From contig DAOULX010000044.1 of the NCBI GenBank assembly GCA_034414775.1, positions 3,150 through 67,149 of the forward strand: 64,000 nt of DNA, given 5' to 3'. Positions 9,412-18,815 of this stretch are shown one piece after another. Position 1 is the first letter of the stretch. Each line of letters begins with the position of its first letter. A model generated the notes under the pieces. It saw only the letters and a program-made list of their open reading frames with translations. It made no database searches and was not told the DNA's origin. The position numbers were made by a program, and so were the translations under genes. The stretch comes from Dehalococcoidales bacterium (lineage in GTDB: Bacteria > Chloroflexota > Dehalococcoidia > Dehalococcoidales > RBG-16-60-22).

Positions 9412-10221
9412 ATGCCGGAACTACCTGAAGTCGAAACGATAAAAAACGAGCTATTACCGCATGTGCTGGGAAAGCGGATAGCCGATGTCACTCTGTTCTG
9501 GGACAGAATTGTACGACAGCCCGGGCCAGAGGAGTTCCGGGTACGGCTGGTTGGACGGAGGATCGACGGGATGTCACGACGCGGAAAGTACCTCTTTTTT
9601 CACCTCGACAACGGCGATGTGCTGGTAATGCATATGAAGATGACGGGATCGCTGCTGGTGAACCCAGCTGACGACAGGTTCACCAGGGCTATTATCCGGT
9701 TGGATGATAGCGTGGCGGTCCATTTCTGGGACCCCCGTAAGTTCGGGGTAATGTGGCTGGAAAAAGGTGAGGACACCGTCGTTAAACAGCTCGGCCCCGA
9801 GCCCCTCGATGCGGACTTCACGCCAAAGGCGCTGGCAAAGCTTCTGCATAATCGCAAGGCCCCGATAAAACCCGTCCTCCTCGACCAGGCGATAATGGCG
9901 GGTATCGGTAACATGTACGCCGATGAGGCCCTGTTCGAAGCCAGGATTCATCCGCTCAAACCGGCGGGGGAGCTCTTCGGCGCTGAGGTTAAGCGACTAC
10001 ACAAAGCCATTCAGAAGGTGCTGCACAAAGCTCTAACGAGTAAGGGAGCCAGTATACGCAATTACATCCGTCCTGACGGCACGCCGGGGACGGCCCACGA
10101 TGAGTTTAACGTGGCGCACGGGGTCGGCAAGGACTGCCCGGTCTGTGGCGGGCCTATCCAGCGCATCGTGGTCCGTGGACGCGGTACCTACCTGTGTCCC
10201 CGCTGCCAGACCTTACCTTAG
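9412..10221 (+). CDS. mutM: Formamidopyrimidine-DNA glycosylase
   Basis: N-terminal MPELPEVE, H2TH region, and C-terminal zinc finger CPVCGGPIQRIVVRGRGTYLCPRCQ. Confidence 0.95.
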   Translation: MPELPEVETIKNELLPHVLGKRIADVTLFWDRIVRQPGPEEFRVRLVGRRIDGMSRRGKYLFFHLDNGDVLVMHMKMTGSLLVNPADDRFTRAIIRLDDSVAVHFWDPRKFGVMWLEKGEDTVVKQLGPEPLDADFTPKALAKLLHNRKAPIKPVLLDQAIMAGIGNMYADEALFEARIHPLKPAGELFGAEVKRLHKAIQKVLHKALTSKGASIRNYIRPDGTPGTAHDEFNVAHGVGKDCPVCGGPIQRIVVRGRGTYLCPRCQTLP

Positions 10222-10838
10222 TCGTCCCAGAGGCGGAACGGCGGGTACTCGTCCCGCATCAGGGAAACGTAGGCAAGCACGCGATAGAACCAGCGGTTCA
10301 TGCCAACAACAAGCTTGAAGATATCTTGGTGGTAATTGCCGACGAAGAGTAGTCTGATGGCAGCGAAGATGGCCAGAATTATTATGAGACCGCTGTTTTG
10401 ATAACCTCCACCCCCGATGAAGAAACCGGTGATAATGTAATGCGGTATGGCCAGTAGCCACCACTTTACCCAGATAAGTCCGCGGGACAGCCTTTCCGGG
10501 TAGGGAATGTCGAGATCGGCGGGGTAGTCAGGATCGGATCGCAAGCTGAAGGGCGGGTACTTGTCCGTGCCCAGGGCCTGGTAGCTGTAAAAACCAACCC
10601 GCCATGACCAGCGCAGGACGCCGGCGTTGAAATCGAAGAGACCCTTCGGGTATTTGGCCGTAAACAGGATGGCGAACCAGGCGATGATAGCCACCACGAC
10701 AAAAGGTATCGTGAGAATCATCAGGATAATGTAGTGGGGGATGGCCAGCAGCCACTTGACGAGCCACAATCCCCGGTTTGGAGGGAGGGTAAGCTCGCCT
10801 CTCAGGGTCACCGGGTAGGTACGGGATGCCTCGTTCAT
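10218..10838 (-). CDS. DUF4389 membrane protein
   Basis: Two repeats of the WLLAIPHYII...AWFAILFTAKYP-type motif. ATG 10838 sits behind AAGGAGG. The ORF track begins at 10865. Confidence 0.7.
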   Translation of the reverse strand: MNEASRTYPVTLRGELTLPPNRGLWLVKWLLAIPHYIILMILTIPFVVVAIIAWFAILFTAKYPKGLFDFNAGVLRWSWRVGFYSYQALGTDKYPPFSLRSDPDYPADLDIPYPERLSRGLIWVKWWLLAIPHYIITGFFIGGGGYQNSGLIIILAIFAAIRLLFVGNYHQDIFKLVVGMNRWFYRVLAYVSLMRDEYPPFRLWDD

Positions 10839-10876
10839 GAGAACCTCCTTAACATAATTTAACAATCAGCTATGAT

Positions 10877-10905
10877 AGGATACTGGAACGTTGACGGTTT
10901 GTCAA
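10877..10905 (-). promoter_or_regulatory. Candidate promoter (TTGACA-17-TATCCT) for the DUF4389 gene
   Basis: Minus-strand TTGACA (10900-10905), 17-nt spacer, TATCCT (10877-10882). The -35 is part of the inverted repeat TTGAC-N5-GTCAA at 10891-10905. Confidence 0.35.
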
Positions 10906-10943
10906 GAAACTTGGATTGATATTTCTAACTTATTTCAATAACG

Positions 10944-10972
10944 TTGACAGCGATAGCAAGCGGGTGTATGGT
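10944..10972 (+). promoter_or_regulatory. Candidate promoter (TTGACA-17-TATGGT)
   Basis: TTGACA 10944-10949 and TATGGT 10967-10972, upstream of the AGGAGG SD and ATG 11024. AACGTTGAC is repeated at 10887 and 10940. Confidence 0.4.
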
Positions 10973-11023
10973 ATTTGAAACGAGGCCGCATACTCTCACG
11001 AATCAATTGTGCAGGAGGTCAAT

Positions 11024-11749
11024 ATGGAAGCAGGTACGGAAGTAAGGCCGTACCCGGTAGGCGTTTTCTCAGCTTACGGCAACGGCTGGCGGCAGCTATG
11101 GAAATTTTTCCTGGTCTTATTTCTAATCGGATTAATATATTTTGTTATCAACATCGCTGTCAGCATAGTCACTTCCATCCCGCAAAGTGCAGGGATTTCG
11201 GAGCCTATCTATAGTGGGATTGCGTTGGCCGGATGGCTAGGTATATGGACGCTTATAAGTTGGGCGATTTACATTTTTTTCATCAGTCCTCTTAGCTACG
11301 GACAGTCTTTTGCCTATCTCAAGGCCGCCCGAGGGAATAAGGTCGAAGTGCCGGACCTGTTCGCCGCCTTTAAGAACTACTGGAGCGCCGTTGGTGCTGC
11401 TATACTGGTAGGTATTATTGTTGGGATCGCGTCTATATTCCTGATTGTGCCGGGTATCTATTTTTCCTGCAAGCTGGCCTTTGTGCCGTACCTGATTGTC
11501 GATAAAAGGATGAGAGTCAGCGAGGCGTTCCGTGCAAGCTGGCGTATGGCGAGCCACGGGCGTGCCTGGAAGGTTTTCTTGATCGGTCTGCTGAGTATTC
11601 CTATCGTTATAGCGGGAATAATTGTGCTGGTCGTGGGAGTTATTATATCGTTCATGTGGATCAGTGCCGCTTTTGCCTCGTTGTACCACGCTATCGACAT
11701 GGAGCAGGCTCCGGAGATAACGGTGATAGAAGGGCCGATCATCGGCTAG
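11024..11749 (+). CDS. Multi-pass integral membrane protein, family unassigned
   Basis: About 6 hydrophobic segments. ATG 11024 sits 5 nt after AGGAGG. Confidence 0.6.
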   Translation: MEAGTEVRPYPVGVFSAYGNGWRQLWKFFLVLFLIGLIYFVINIAVSIVTSIPQSAGISEPIYSGIALAGWLGIWTLISWAIYIFFISPLSYGQSFAYLKAARGNKVEVPDLFAAFKNYWSAVGAAILVGIIVGIASIFLIVPGIYFSCKLAFVPYLIVDKRMRVSEAFRASWRMASHGRAWKVFLIGLLSIPIVIAGIIVLVVGVIISFMWISAAFASLYHAIDMEQAPEITVIEGPIIG

Positions 11750-11752
11750 CGC

Positions 11753-12754
11753 TCACAGGAAACGTTTTAAACGCTCTATTTCCCTCATTAATTCCTCGAA
11801 CTGGTGCAGGTAAAGAGACTGTACTCCGTCCGAGAGGGCATGGGCGGGATTGTGGTGGACCTCAACGAGCAGGCCGTCGGCCCCGACGGCGATAGCTCCC
11901 CGGGAGAGCGGAACAACATAATCGCGCAGCCCGGCGGCGTGGGAGGGATCGACAATAATCGGAAGATGGCTGGCGGCCTTGATGGAGGGGATAGCACTCA
12001 GGTCTAAAGTGTTCCGGGTGTTGTCCGAGAAGGTTCGTATACCCCTCTCGCAGAGGATAACGCGGTGGTTGCCCTCCGACATGATATACTCGGCGGCCAT
12101 GAGCCATTCATCGATGGTGGCGGCGAAGCCGCGCTTGAGAAGGACCGGTTTACTGGTCTGGCCGACCAACCTGAGCAGGGAGTAGTTCTGCATATTCCGG
12201 GCCCCGATCTGGATGACATCGGCGTATTTTTCGACGAGGGGAAGATTTTCACTATCGGTGGCCTCGGTGACGATCAGCAGGCCGGTCTCTTGGCGGACCT
12301 TCTCCAGTATCTTCAGCCCATCTTCGCCCAGCCCCTGAAAGCTGTACGGCGATGTCCTGGGTTTGAAAGCCCCGCCCCGGAAAAATCCTGCCCCGTGCTC
12401 CCTGACGAACCGGGCGATGTTCAGCGCCTGCTCTTCACTTTCCACGGCACAGGGCCCGGCCATAACGACGGGATCCCCGGAGCCGATGGTTACACCACCG
12501 ATAGTGAAATTAGAAGAGTCGGGGTGGGTCTCGCGGCTGACCAGCTTGTACGGCTTGGTGACCGGGATGGCTTCCTTGACGCCTTCCATTGCCAGCAGCT
12601 GGGTAGCATCGACGGAGCCTTGATTACCGACGATGCAGATGGCCGTGCGCAGGGAACCAGGCATGGGGACGCCGCGGTAACCCATGCTCTCTATCTCCCT
12701 GATAACGACTTGCACCTGCTCTTCGGTGGCATCATTTTTCATGACTATGAGCAT
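11753..12754 (-). CDS. aroF: 3-deoxy-7-phosphoheptulonate (DAHP) synthase, type I-beta with N-terminal regulatory domain
   Basis: Ferredoxin-like N-terminal domain (MKNDATEEQVQVVIREIESMGY), then KDO8P/DAHP-synthase core motifs (GPCAVES, FRGGAFKPRTSPYSFQG, KRG, DPSHA). Confidence 0.9.
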   Translation of the reverse strand: MLIVMKNDATEEQVQVVIREIESMGYRGVPMPGSLRTAICIVGNQGSVDATQLLAMEGVKEAIPVTKPYKLVSRETHPDSSNFTIGGVTIGSGDPVVMAGPCAVESEEQALNIARFVREHGAGFFRGGAFKPRTSPYSFQGLGEDGLKILEKVRQETGLLIVTEATDSENLPLVEKYADVIQIGARNMQNYSLLRLVGQTSKPVLLKRGFAATIDEWLMAAEYIMSEGNHRVILCERGIRTFSDNTRNTLDLSAIPSIKAASHLPIIVDPSHAAGLRDYVVPLSRGAIAVGADGLLVEVHHNPAHALSDGVQSLYLHQFEELMREIERLKRFL

Positions 12755-12776
12755 CGTACATCATCTCCGTTTGGAA

Positions 12777-13337
12777 TTATCGCTTCTTTATCTCGTCGAG
12801 GGCAGTAGCATATGCCTCGAAGGTACGACTATCGAAGAGGACGAAGACGACCTCTTTGACGGAAGTTGTTTTTCCAAGGAATGAGACGACCTCCGACAGG
12901 GCGATACGGGCAGCCTGGTCCACGGGGTAGCTATATACTCCTGTGCTGATCGAAGGAAAGGAAACGCTGGTGAGATTTTCGGCGGCGGCCAACTCAAGGC
13001 TTTTCCGGTAGGCACTGGCCAGGAGTTCGGCTTCACCGCTCCTGCCGCCATGCCAGATTGGCCCGACAGTATGGATGACGTACCTGGACGGCATATTGCC
13101 GGCGGAGGTGATGACGGCTTGTCCGGTGGGTAGCGGGCCGTGACCGGCGACGATTTTCTTACATTCTTCGAGGATGGCCGGTCCTCCGGCTCGATGGATG
13201 GCGCCGTCCACGCCGCCGCCGCCCATGAGACTGGAGTTGGCGGCGTTAACGATGGCATCGGTGGTCTGGAGGGTGATATCTCCCTGGATAATGGCCAGCT
13301 CAGCCTGGTTAATTGTATAGGTGGTTTTTTCCGCCAT
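12777..13337 (-). CDS. Macro domain protein (ADP-ribose/O-acetyl-ADP-ribose hydrolase-like)
   Basis: DAIVNAANSSLMGGGGVDGAIHRAGG and SFPSISTGVYSYP motifs. ATG 13337 sits behind AAGGGG. The ORF track begins at GTG 13346. Confidence 0.85.
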   Translation of the reverse strand: MAEKTTYTINQAELAIIQGDITLQTTDAIVNAANSSLMGGGGVDGAIHRAGGPAILEECKKIVAGHGPLPTGQAVITSAGNMPSRYVIHTVGPIWHGGRSGEAELLASAYRKSLELAAAENLTSVSFPSISTGVYSYPVDQAARIALSEVVSFLGKTTSVKEVVFVLFDSRTFEAYATALDEIKKR

Positions 13338-13349
13338 TGCTTTCACCCC

Positions 13350-14495
13350 TTACTGTTGTTTATTCCCCGAGAGATAGTCAATAGCCCACTGGACAGCGTC
13401 ATCTCCGGTCAGGTCCAGCCTGATATCCGGCACGATGCCCTGGCCTTCGATGAGACGTCCGCCGGGAGTGAGCCAGCGGGCGGTGGTGATGTAGATGCCG
13501 GAGCCGTCCCCAAGCTGGTGCAGGATGTTGACGCTACCTTTACCAAAGGTGATATTGCCGGCCACCAGAGCGCGGTCGTGGTCCTGGAGGGCACCGGCGA
13601 GCACCTCGCTGCCGCTGGCGCTGAAACCATCGACCAGGACGACCATGGGCAGGTCGGTAGTGGCATCGTGGTCAATAACGTCTAACGTGGTTAGTTCGCC
13701 CCGGTTGTCCCTTACCTGGAGGACGACGCCGCTCTCAATAAAATGGCCGGCAACAGCGACAACGCTTTCCAGCAGGCCACCCGGATTACCGCGCAGGTCG
13801 AGGACAATGCCGGTAGCATTCGAGCCTGGCAGGTCCTGGATGGCCTGAGTAAGCTCGGTGTCGGTTCGTTCCGAGAATTGTGCTATGCTGATATATGCAA
13901 TGTCGCCCTTCATTTCAAAAGCGACGCTGGGTATCTCGATGCTGTCGCGGACAATATCAATGTCGACCGGTTCGCTCTCCCCTTCGTGAATGACCGTCAA
14001 TCTGACCGTCGTTCCGCGCTGGCCGCGGATCTTCATAACGGCTTCGGCCAGGCCGAGATCATCCGTAGGTTCCCCGTCAATCGCTAGGATGACATCACCG
14101 GCGCGGATGCCTGCCATATCGGCCGGTGATTCGGGGAAGGGAGCGATAACGACAATCTGACCGTCCCTGGCCGTGACCTGAGCGCCGATGCCTTCGAACT
14201 GGCCTTCGAGGCTGCTGAGGCCGAGCTCAAAATGGTTGGCTGAGAGGTAGGAGGTATAGGGGTCGTCAAGGGCATCCAAAATGCCCCTGATAGCGCCGCC
14301 GGATAGCTCGTCAGGGTCCAGCCGCGAGCTATCGACATAGTCCGTGAAGATATAGGTCCATGCCTGCCTAACGACATCCAGGCCGGGAAGCATCCGGGAG
14401 TGAATCGATGAGCCGAGGAAGAAGCCACTGCCGAAGGCAAGGACAACGACCACCACGAGCAATGTGCCGATAATAACACGCCCTACCCTCGACAT
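13350..14495 (-). CDS. S41 family C-terminal processing peptidase
   Basis: N-terminal TM anchor, PDZ region (GIRAGDVILAIDG), catalytic GSASGSE and TFGKGS motifs. Confidence 0.9.
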   Translation of the reverse strand: MSRVGRVIIGTLLVVVVVLAFGSGFFLGSSIHSRMLPGLDVVRQAWTYIFTDYVDSSRLDPDELSGGAIRGILDALDDPYTSYLSANHFELGLSSLEGQFEGIGAQVTARDGQIVVIAPFPESPADMAGIRAGDVILAIDGEPTDDLGLAEAVMKIRGQRGTTVRLTVIHEGESEPVDIDIVRDSIEIPSVAFEMKGDIAYISIAQFSERTDTELTQAIQDLPGSNATGIVLDLRGNPGGLLESVVAVAGHFIESGVVLQVRDNRGELTTLDVIDHDATTDLPMVVLVDGFSASGSEVLAGALQDHDRALVAGNITFGKGSVNILHQLGDGSGIYITTARWLTPGGRLIEGQGIVPDIRLDLTGDDAVQWAIDYLSGNKQQ

Positions 14496-14552
14496 AAAGC
14501 AGCTACTCCCTACTTATAGTTCCCAGAAGGGACATGCACTCAACAAGGAGAC

Positions 14553-14910
14553 GAGCCAAGCAGACCTGTAAGCCGAGTTCTGTATCCCGATATAATCGGG
14601 ATGGTGACCATCTATCTAGCCCCGATGTTACCATCGGGATCAAGCGACCAACCCGGGGACAGGCCGGGCGTCCTTGTGTCCCTCTATTCGGTCTTGCTCC
14701 GGATGGGGTTTACCCGGCCGGCCGGTTGCCCGACCGCCGGTGAGCTCTTACCTCACCATTTCACCCTTACCCCGATGAATCGGGGCGGTATGTTTCTGTG
14801 GCACTTTCCGTAGGGTCACCCCTCCTGGGTGTTACCCAGCATCCTGCCCGGCGGAGCTCGGACTTTCCTCCCCGATTAAGACTCGGGGCGGTCACCCGGT
14901 CTACTTGACC
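14553..14910 (-). ncRNA. rnpB: RNase P RNA, bacterial type A
   Basis: The minus strand reads GGAGGAAAGTCCGAGCTCC (CR-I), ACAGAAACATACCGCC, GGTAAGGGTGAAATGGTGAGGTAAGAGCTCACC and ACAGAACTCGGCTTA. P1 pairs CAAGTAGACC (5') with GGTCTGCTTG (3'). Ends are good to about 5 nt. Confidence 0.9.
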
Positions 14911-14917
14911 CGATTAC

Positions 14918-14946
14918 AGTGTAGTGGAGGCAAGGGGTAGTGTCAA
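14918..14946 (-). promoter_or_regulatory. rnpB promoter (TTGACA-17-TACACT)
   Basis: Minus-strand TTGACA (14941-14946), 17-nt spacer, TACACT (14918-14923). The inferred P1 5' end begins about 7 nt downstream. Confidence 0.6.
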
Positions 14947-15036
14947 TGGGGATGAAAAGTAAATAGTAAGCAGTGTTTACCTGTTTGACGATTGAATGTT
15001 GAATATTAGAATTATTGACACATTACCGGTGATCGA

Positions 15037-15483
15037 TTATTCGCCGAAGGCCTTATTCGCCAGAGCGTCGGCTTCGGCGTTCCGTTCGCGGGGAACGTAG
15101 GCGATGTTGAAGGACTCCAGTGAGCCGGTAAGTCTGACCACTTCCTGGTAGAGGGGGCGCAGAGCCACGTTTTTTATCTTGTAGCGTCCCTGAATCTGTT
15201 TTACCACCAGCTCCGAGTCGGATTTCACCAGGATGTGGCGGAAGCCTAATCTTATGGCCTCTTCTAGGCCGGCGATGATGGCCCGATACTCTGCCTGGTT
15301 GTTGGTGGTGTTGCCGATGTGCCGGGAGATGCTGGCCAGGGGTTGGCCACGACTATCTTTAATGGTGACGCCGATGGCGGCAGGGCCGGGATTGCCCCGT
15401 GAAGCTCCGTCGGTATTGATGACGACAGTTTCTTTCAATGAGACCTTCAGGAAATGTATAGGATACGCCCGCAGGTACCGCAC
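15037..15483 (-). CDS. rnhA: Ribonuclease HI family protein
   Basis: NTDGASRGNPGPAA, NNQAEYRAIIAGL, SDSELVV and EADALAN motifs (DEDD catalytic set). The start may instead be TTG 15438, just after the upstream stop. Confidence 0.85.
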   Translation of the reverse strand: MRYLRAYPIHFLKVSLKETVVINTDGASRGNPGPAAIGVTIKDSRGQPLASISRHIGNTTNNQAEYRAIIAGLEEAIRLGFRHILVKSDSELVVKQIQGRYKIKNVALRPLYQEVVRLTGSLESFNIAYVPRERNAEADALANKAFGE

Positions 15484-16142
15484 TGTACCGGCTGACCGCT
15501 CCGGGCGTGCTGTAGCCCGCTGGCCGAAAGCGATATGCGGCAGGCCTGGCAGATACCCTGTTCGACCCTGGCCACGGCCGGTTTTTTCTGCCGGCGGACT
15601 TTATCATACAGGGAGAGGGCGGTGGGGTCGACCTGCGTTGCCAACTGCTTTCTACGTTCTTGAAAGCCCTCCAGATCGACCTTGAGTTGTTCGATTTCCC
15701 CGGTGAGTTGTTTTTGCTGGAACTGCCATTCTTCCTCGAGCCGGTCATACTCCGCCGCCGCTGCGGCGGCAGCCCCTTCGGCCTCTTCGACAAGGTCGAT
15801 TATTCCGAGAGTGTCGGTCTCCATCTGGTCGCTGCGGGTTTTCAGAGTGGCGACTTCATGCTGGAGGCTGGTCAGCTCTTTGGGATTGGTAATGTTACCG
15901 CCGTAAAGCTGCTCCTCGGTGGCGGCAATCTTACTGAGGATGTCGGTTACTTCGGCTTCGGCGTCCCGGTGGCGGTGCTTGATCTCTTCCAGGTGTTTCC
16001 TGGCCTCGTTGAGGTGGTCGCGGGCGGCGTCCAGCACGTCGCGAACGCCAATCTGGGCGGTTTTTTGTTCCAGGGATTGTTCCGCTCGTTCGATGGCGCT
16101 ATCAAGTTCTTCTAAATCGTAGAGTTGCTTGGTGACAGTCAT
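15447..16142 (-). CDS. Coiled-coil protein with C-terminal C4 zinc ribbon (DUF164-type)
   Basis: Long heptad-rich region, then CQACRISL...CGTCGRILY. ATG 16142 sits behind GGAGA. The ORF track begins at 16190. Confidence 0.75.
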   Translation of the reverse strand: MTVTKQLYDLEELDSAIERAEQSLEQKTAQIGVRDVLDAARDHLNEARKHLEEIKHRHRDAEAEVTDILSKIAATEEQLYGGNITNPKELTSLQHEVATLKTRSDQMETDTLGIIDLVEEAEGAAAAAAAEYDRLEEEWQFQQKQLTGEIEQLKVDLEGFQERRKQLATQVDPTALSLYDKVRRQKKPAVARVEQGICQACRISLSASGLQHARSGQPVQCGTCGRILYIS

Positions 16143-16275
16143 GGTGTCTCCAGTCCGACTCATTTTATAACGCAAAGTAAGGAATATCAAACGGAGGTTA
16201 GTGGTGACAAAAACGGCTGGTTAGAAAAGAACAAATGTGCTAATATTGTCTTCAGGTCTGATGATAGGGGGAGAC

Positions 16276-16425
16276 ATGGGCCTTTTAAGATTGGCGCTGG
16301 AGAAACAGAGATGGGACCTGGCAGCCCACACTATCGTTCTGGCGGCGGCCAGGATGCTGAAAGAGGGGGTGCCCGATGACGGAAAAACCGGTCAGAAAAA
16401 GCGGCTCAAACCGAGGGCAAAGTAA
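16276..16425 (+). CDS. Small hypothetical protein (49 aa)
   Basis: ATG 16276 sits 5 nt after GGGGGAG. Helical, with a basic C-terminus. Overlaps the next ORF. Confidence 0.3.
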   Translation: MGLLRLALEKQRWDLAAHTIVLAAARMLKEGVPDDGKTGQKKRLKPRAK

Positions 16426-16750
16426 GAAAGATGTAAACTTTTATGCCAGGGCGCTGGATATGGCCGAGAAACTTGATTTCGACCTGGCGTCCGGTGTCAA
16501 CGGCATCGACGACGAGATTGCTCTGCTGAGGGTAGAGATAAAGAAGGCTATGGCCGGCGGGGACGCCAGGAATTTGAAAATCCTCGTTAAAGCCACCAAT
16601 GCCTTAGAGAGGCTGATACGCACGCGCTATCAGATTACCCGGGAGCAACGTAAAGGGCTGAAGGAGGCTATCAGCAACGTCCTCAAAGATATTGCCTTGC
16701 CGCTGGGAATCAATCTGGGAGCGACTGTCATTGGCAAGCAGCTCGGATAG
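16376..16750 (+). CDS. Phage-associated small protein upstream of the large terminase (possible small terminase subunit, unassigned)
   Basis: Sits immediately upstream of, and overlaps, the terminase ORF. Helical and basic. I recognised no family. Confidence 0.4.
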   Translation: MTEKPVRKSGSNRGQSKKDVNFYARALDMAEKLDFDLASGVNGIDDEIALLRVEIKKAMAGGDARNLKILVKATNALERLIRTRYQITREQRKGLKEAISNVLKDIALPLGINLGATVIGKQLG

Positions 16751-18128
16751 CGGGACTGGCAGGTTCAGGCGGCTGCGGCCTTACCAGCGGGAAATAGCGC
16801 TGGCGGTGCTGGAGAGCGTATTTGGTGGAAAAGGACTGACATTCTCCGTGGAGATCGCCCGACAGGGCGGCAAGAACGAGCTTTCCGCCCAGCTCGAACT
16901 GCTTTTGCTGACCCTCTTCATGGCCGAACCGAAGAACATGATTAAGTGCTCACCGACTTTCAAGCCGCAGACGATTATCTCGGTAATGCGGCTCAAGGAC
17001 CGGCTCAATGACGCCGGTTTCGAAGGCATCTGGAAATCGGAGATGGGCTATATCGTCCGGCTGGGCAATGCCCGGGCTATCTTTCTTTCGGCGGACGAAT
17101 CGGCCAACGTGGTCGGCAACACGGCCCACATCCTCCTGGAAATAGATGAGTCGCAGGACGTTGGCAAGGAGAAATACACCAAAGAGTTCAAACCGATGGG
17201 TGCGACCACCAATGTCACCACCGTCCACTTCGGCACTACCTGGGACGACAGCACGCTCCTCGAAGAGGTAAAGCAGACCAACCTGGAACTGGAGCGGCGG
17301 GACGGACTGCGGCGGCACTTCCGCTATGATTGGGAAGAGGTAGCCCGGTACAATCAGGACTACCGGGCCTACGTTCAGGGGGAAAAGGAGAGGCTGGGGG
17401 AAAATCACCCCCTTTTCCTGACGCAGTATCGCCTGCTGCCCATCCGCGGCGGCGGCGGCTTCCTGAACGTCCAGCAACGAGCACAGCTCCAGGGAGAACA
17501 TTGCCGGAGGCGAGGTGGTGAAACGGGGGAAGTCTATGTGGCCGGGATTGACCTGGCGGGAGAGGCCGAAGAAGGCGAAGGCGATTACCTGCGGGCGCTG
17601 GCCCCGCGAAAAGATTCCACGGTAATGACTATCGGGGAGGTCTGTTTATCCGACGATGAAATAGTTAAAGAGCCGACCGTAAAGATTGTCGAGCACTACC
17701 GCTGGACGGGTAGAAAGCACACCGAGCTTTACGGGCAGATGGTGGACATTTTAAAGAACGTCTGGCGCTGCCGAAAAGTGGTGGTGGACGCAACCGGGGT
17801 AGGGGAGCCGGTGGCGGCCTTTTTGAAAAAGGCGCTGGGCAGCCGGGTAACGCCTTTTACCTTCTCGCAGAAGTCCAAGAGCGAGCTAGGGTTTAACCTG
17901 CTGGCGGCGGTGAACTCCGGGAGGCTGAAGATGTACACTGGCGATGGGTCAGAGGAGTACCTGGAGTTCTGGCGGGAGATGGAGCTGGCGCGCAGCCAGT
18001 ACCGGGCCAGCCAGACGATGAACTTCTATGTCGATCCGGCCAAGGGCCACGATGATTTTCTTATGAGCCTGGCGCTGGTGGTGGAGGCGGGGAGGGGACT
18101 GGAGGTGAGGAAGGCGAGGGGAGGGTGA
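16692..18128 (+). CDS. Phage terminase large subunit-like protein (apparently intact)
   Basis: Walker A-like IARQGGKNE, Walker B LLEIDES, and a C-terminal RNase H-like nuclease region (AGIDLAG, VVVDATGVGEP, GHDDFLMSLAL). TTG start is uncertain. Confidence 0.7.
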   Translation: MPCRWESIWERLSLASSSDSGTGRFRRLRPYQREIALAVLESVFGGKGLTFSVEIARQGGKNELSAQLELLLLTLFMAEPKNMIKCSPTFKPQTIISVMRLKDRLNDAGFEGIWKSEMGYIVRLGNARAIFLSADESANVVGNTAHILLEIDESQDVGKEKYTKEFKPMGATTNVTTVHFGTTWDDSTLLEEVKQTNLELERRDGLRRHFRYDWEEVARYNQDYRAYVQGEKERLGENHPLFLTQYRLLPIRGGGGFLNVQQRAQLQGEHCRRRGGETGEVYVAGIDLAGEAEEGEGDYLRALAPRKDSTVMTIGEVCLSDDEIVKEPTVKIVEHYRWTGRKHTELYGQMVDILKNVWRCRKVVVDATGVGEPVAAFLKKALGSRVTPFTFSQKSKSELGFNLLAAVNSGRLKMYTGDGSEEYLEFWREMELARSQYRASQTMNFYVDPAKGHDDFLMSLALVVEAGRGLEVRKARGG

Positions 18129-18184
18129 AGACTGAATACCGGTGTTCATTAGATAAAAAAGGTGGGAAAAAGGGAAAATACCAC

Positions 18185-18213
18185 TTGAAATATGCTCCCA
18201 CCCATTATATGAT
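18185..18213 (+). promoter_or_regulatory. Candidate promoter (TTGAAA-17-TATGAT) 6 nt upstream of GTG 18220
   Basis: Read directly. There is no SD between the -10 and the start. Confidence 0.35.
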
Positions 18214-18219
18214 TTACTT

Positions 18220-18504
18220 GTGAAGAACGGAATTATAAAAGACGCCCAGTTTCAAAGGATTGCCGAAGGAATAAAACCGGACGCAAAGAAAAGGGTGGTT
18301 CTCTCAGGGGTACAGGTTGAAGAAGGCGTTACTTATCATATTTATACTAACAGCCTGGGGCAGGTTGTGCTGGACCCGCAGGTAACCATACCGGCCTCGG
18401 AGGCCTGGTTATTTAGGAACCCGGAAGCCATCGGGGTGGTGCGGCGGGGCCTGGCCGATGCAGCCGAAGGCAACGTTTCCAAAGTCGACCTCGATAGTCT
18501 GTAA
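18220..18504 (+). CDS. Putative antitoxin (AbrB/SpoVT-like N-terminal fold)
   Basis: 94 aa, sits 11 nt upstream of a RelE/ParE-like toxin gene. KRVVLSG...GQVVLDP swapped-hairpin-like segment. Confidence 0.5.
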   Translation: MKNGIIKDAQFQRIAEGIKPDAKKRVVLSGVQVEEGVTYHIYTNSLGQVVLDPQVTIPASEAWLFRNPEAIGVVRRGLADAAEGNVSKVDLDSL

Positions 18505-18515
18505 GGTCAGGGATC

Positions 18516-18809
18516 TTGTTCGAGCTTGAGTGGACCGATTCAGCCCGGGAGACTTATCAAAGGCTCAAGTGTGACGCATCCCAGAAGAAACGTTACAAAG
18601 CTGTTAAAAAGACCATACAATTCCTGGCTGAAAATACCCGGCACAACAGTCTCCAGACCAACGAGTTCCTCAGCTTGAAAGGGCCGACCGGAGAGAAGGT
18701 CTTTGAGGCCTATGCTCAACAAAAGACGCCGGCGGCTTACCGCGTGTTCTGGTATTACGGTTCGGCACGGGGCAACATCACCATATTGGCTATTACCTCA
18801 CACCCGTAA
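18516..18809 (+). CDS. RelE/ParE-superfamily toxin
   Basis: 97 aa. C-terminal YRVFWYYG...NITILAITSHP pattern typical of RelE/ParE-type toxins. Paired with the small upstream gene. Confidence 0.6.
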   Translation: MFELEWTDSARETYQRLKCDASQKKRYKAVKKTIQFLAENTRHNSLQTNEFLSLKGPTGEKVFEAYAQQKTPAAYRVFWYYGSARGNITILAITSHP

Positions 18810-18815
18810 CCAGTT

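Noticed and set aside
10887-10948. AACGTTGAC direct repeat (10887 and 10940) as a regulator binding site
   Set aside because: Both copies coincide with the -35 TTGAC elements of the two divergent promoters. The repeat is most simply explained by the promoter consensus itself.
12065-12808. 247-aa ORF antisense to the DAHP synthase gene
   Set aside because: Shadow ORF opposite a strongly supported gene. It has a Gly/Asp/Pro-rich translation and no motifs.
14534-14813. Two 69-70-aa plus-strand ORFs
   Set aside because: They lie within the RNase P RNA gene on the opposite strand and are artefacts of the structured GC-rich RNA gene.
16237-16275. Longer version of the small ORF, starting at 16237
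   Set aside because: The internal ATG 16276 has a properly spaced GGGGGAG SD. The upstream part has none.
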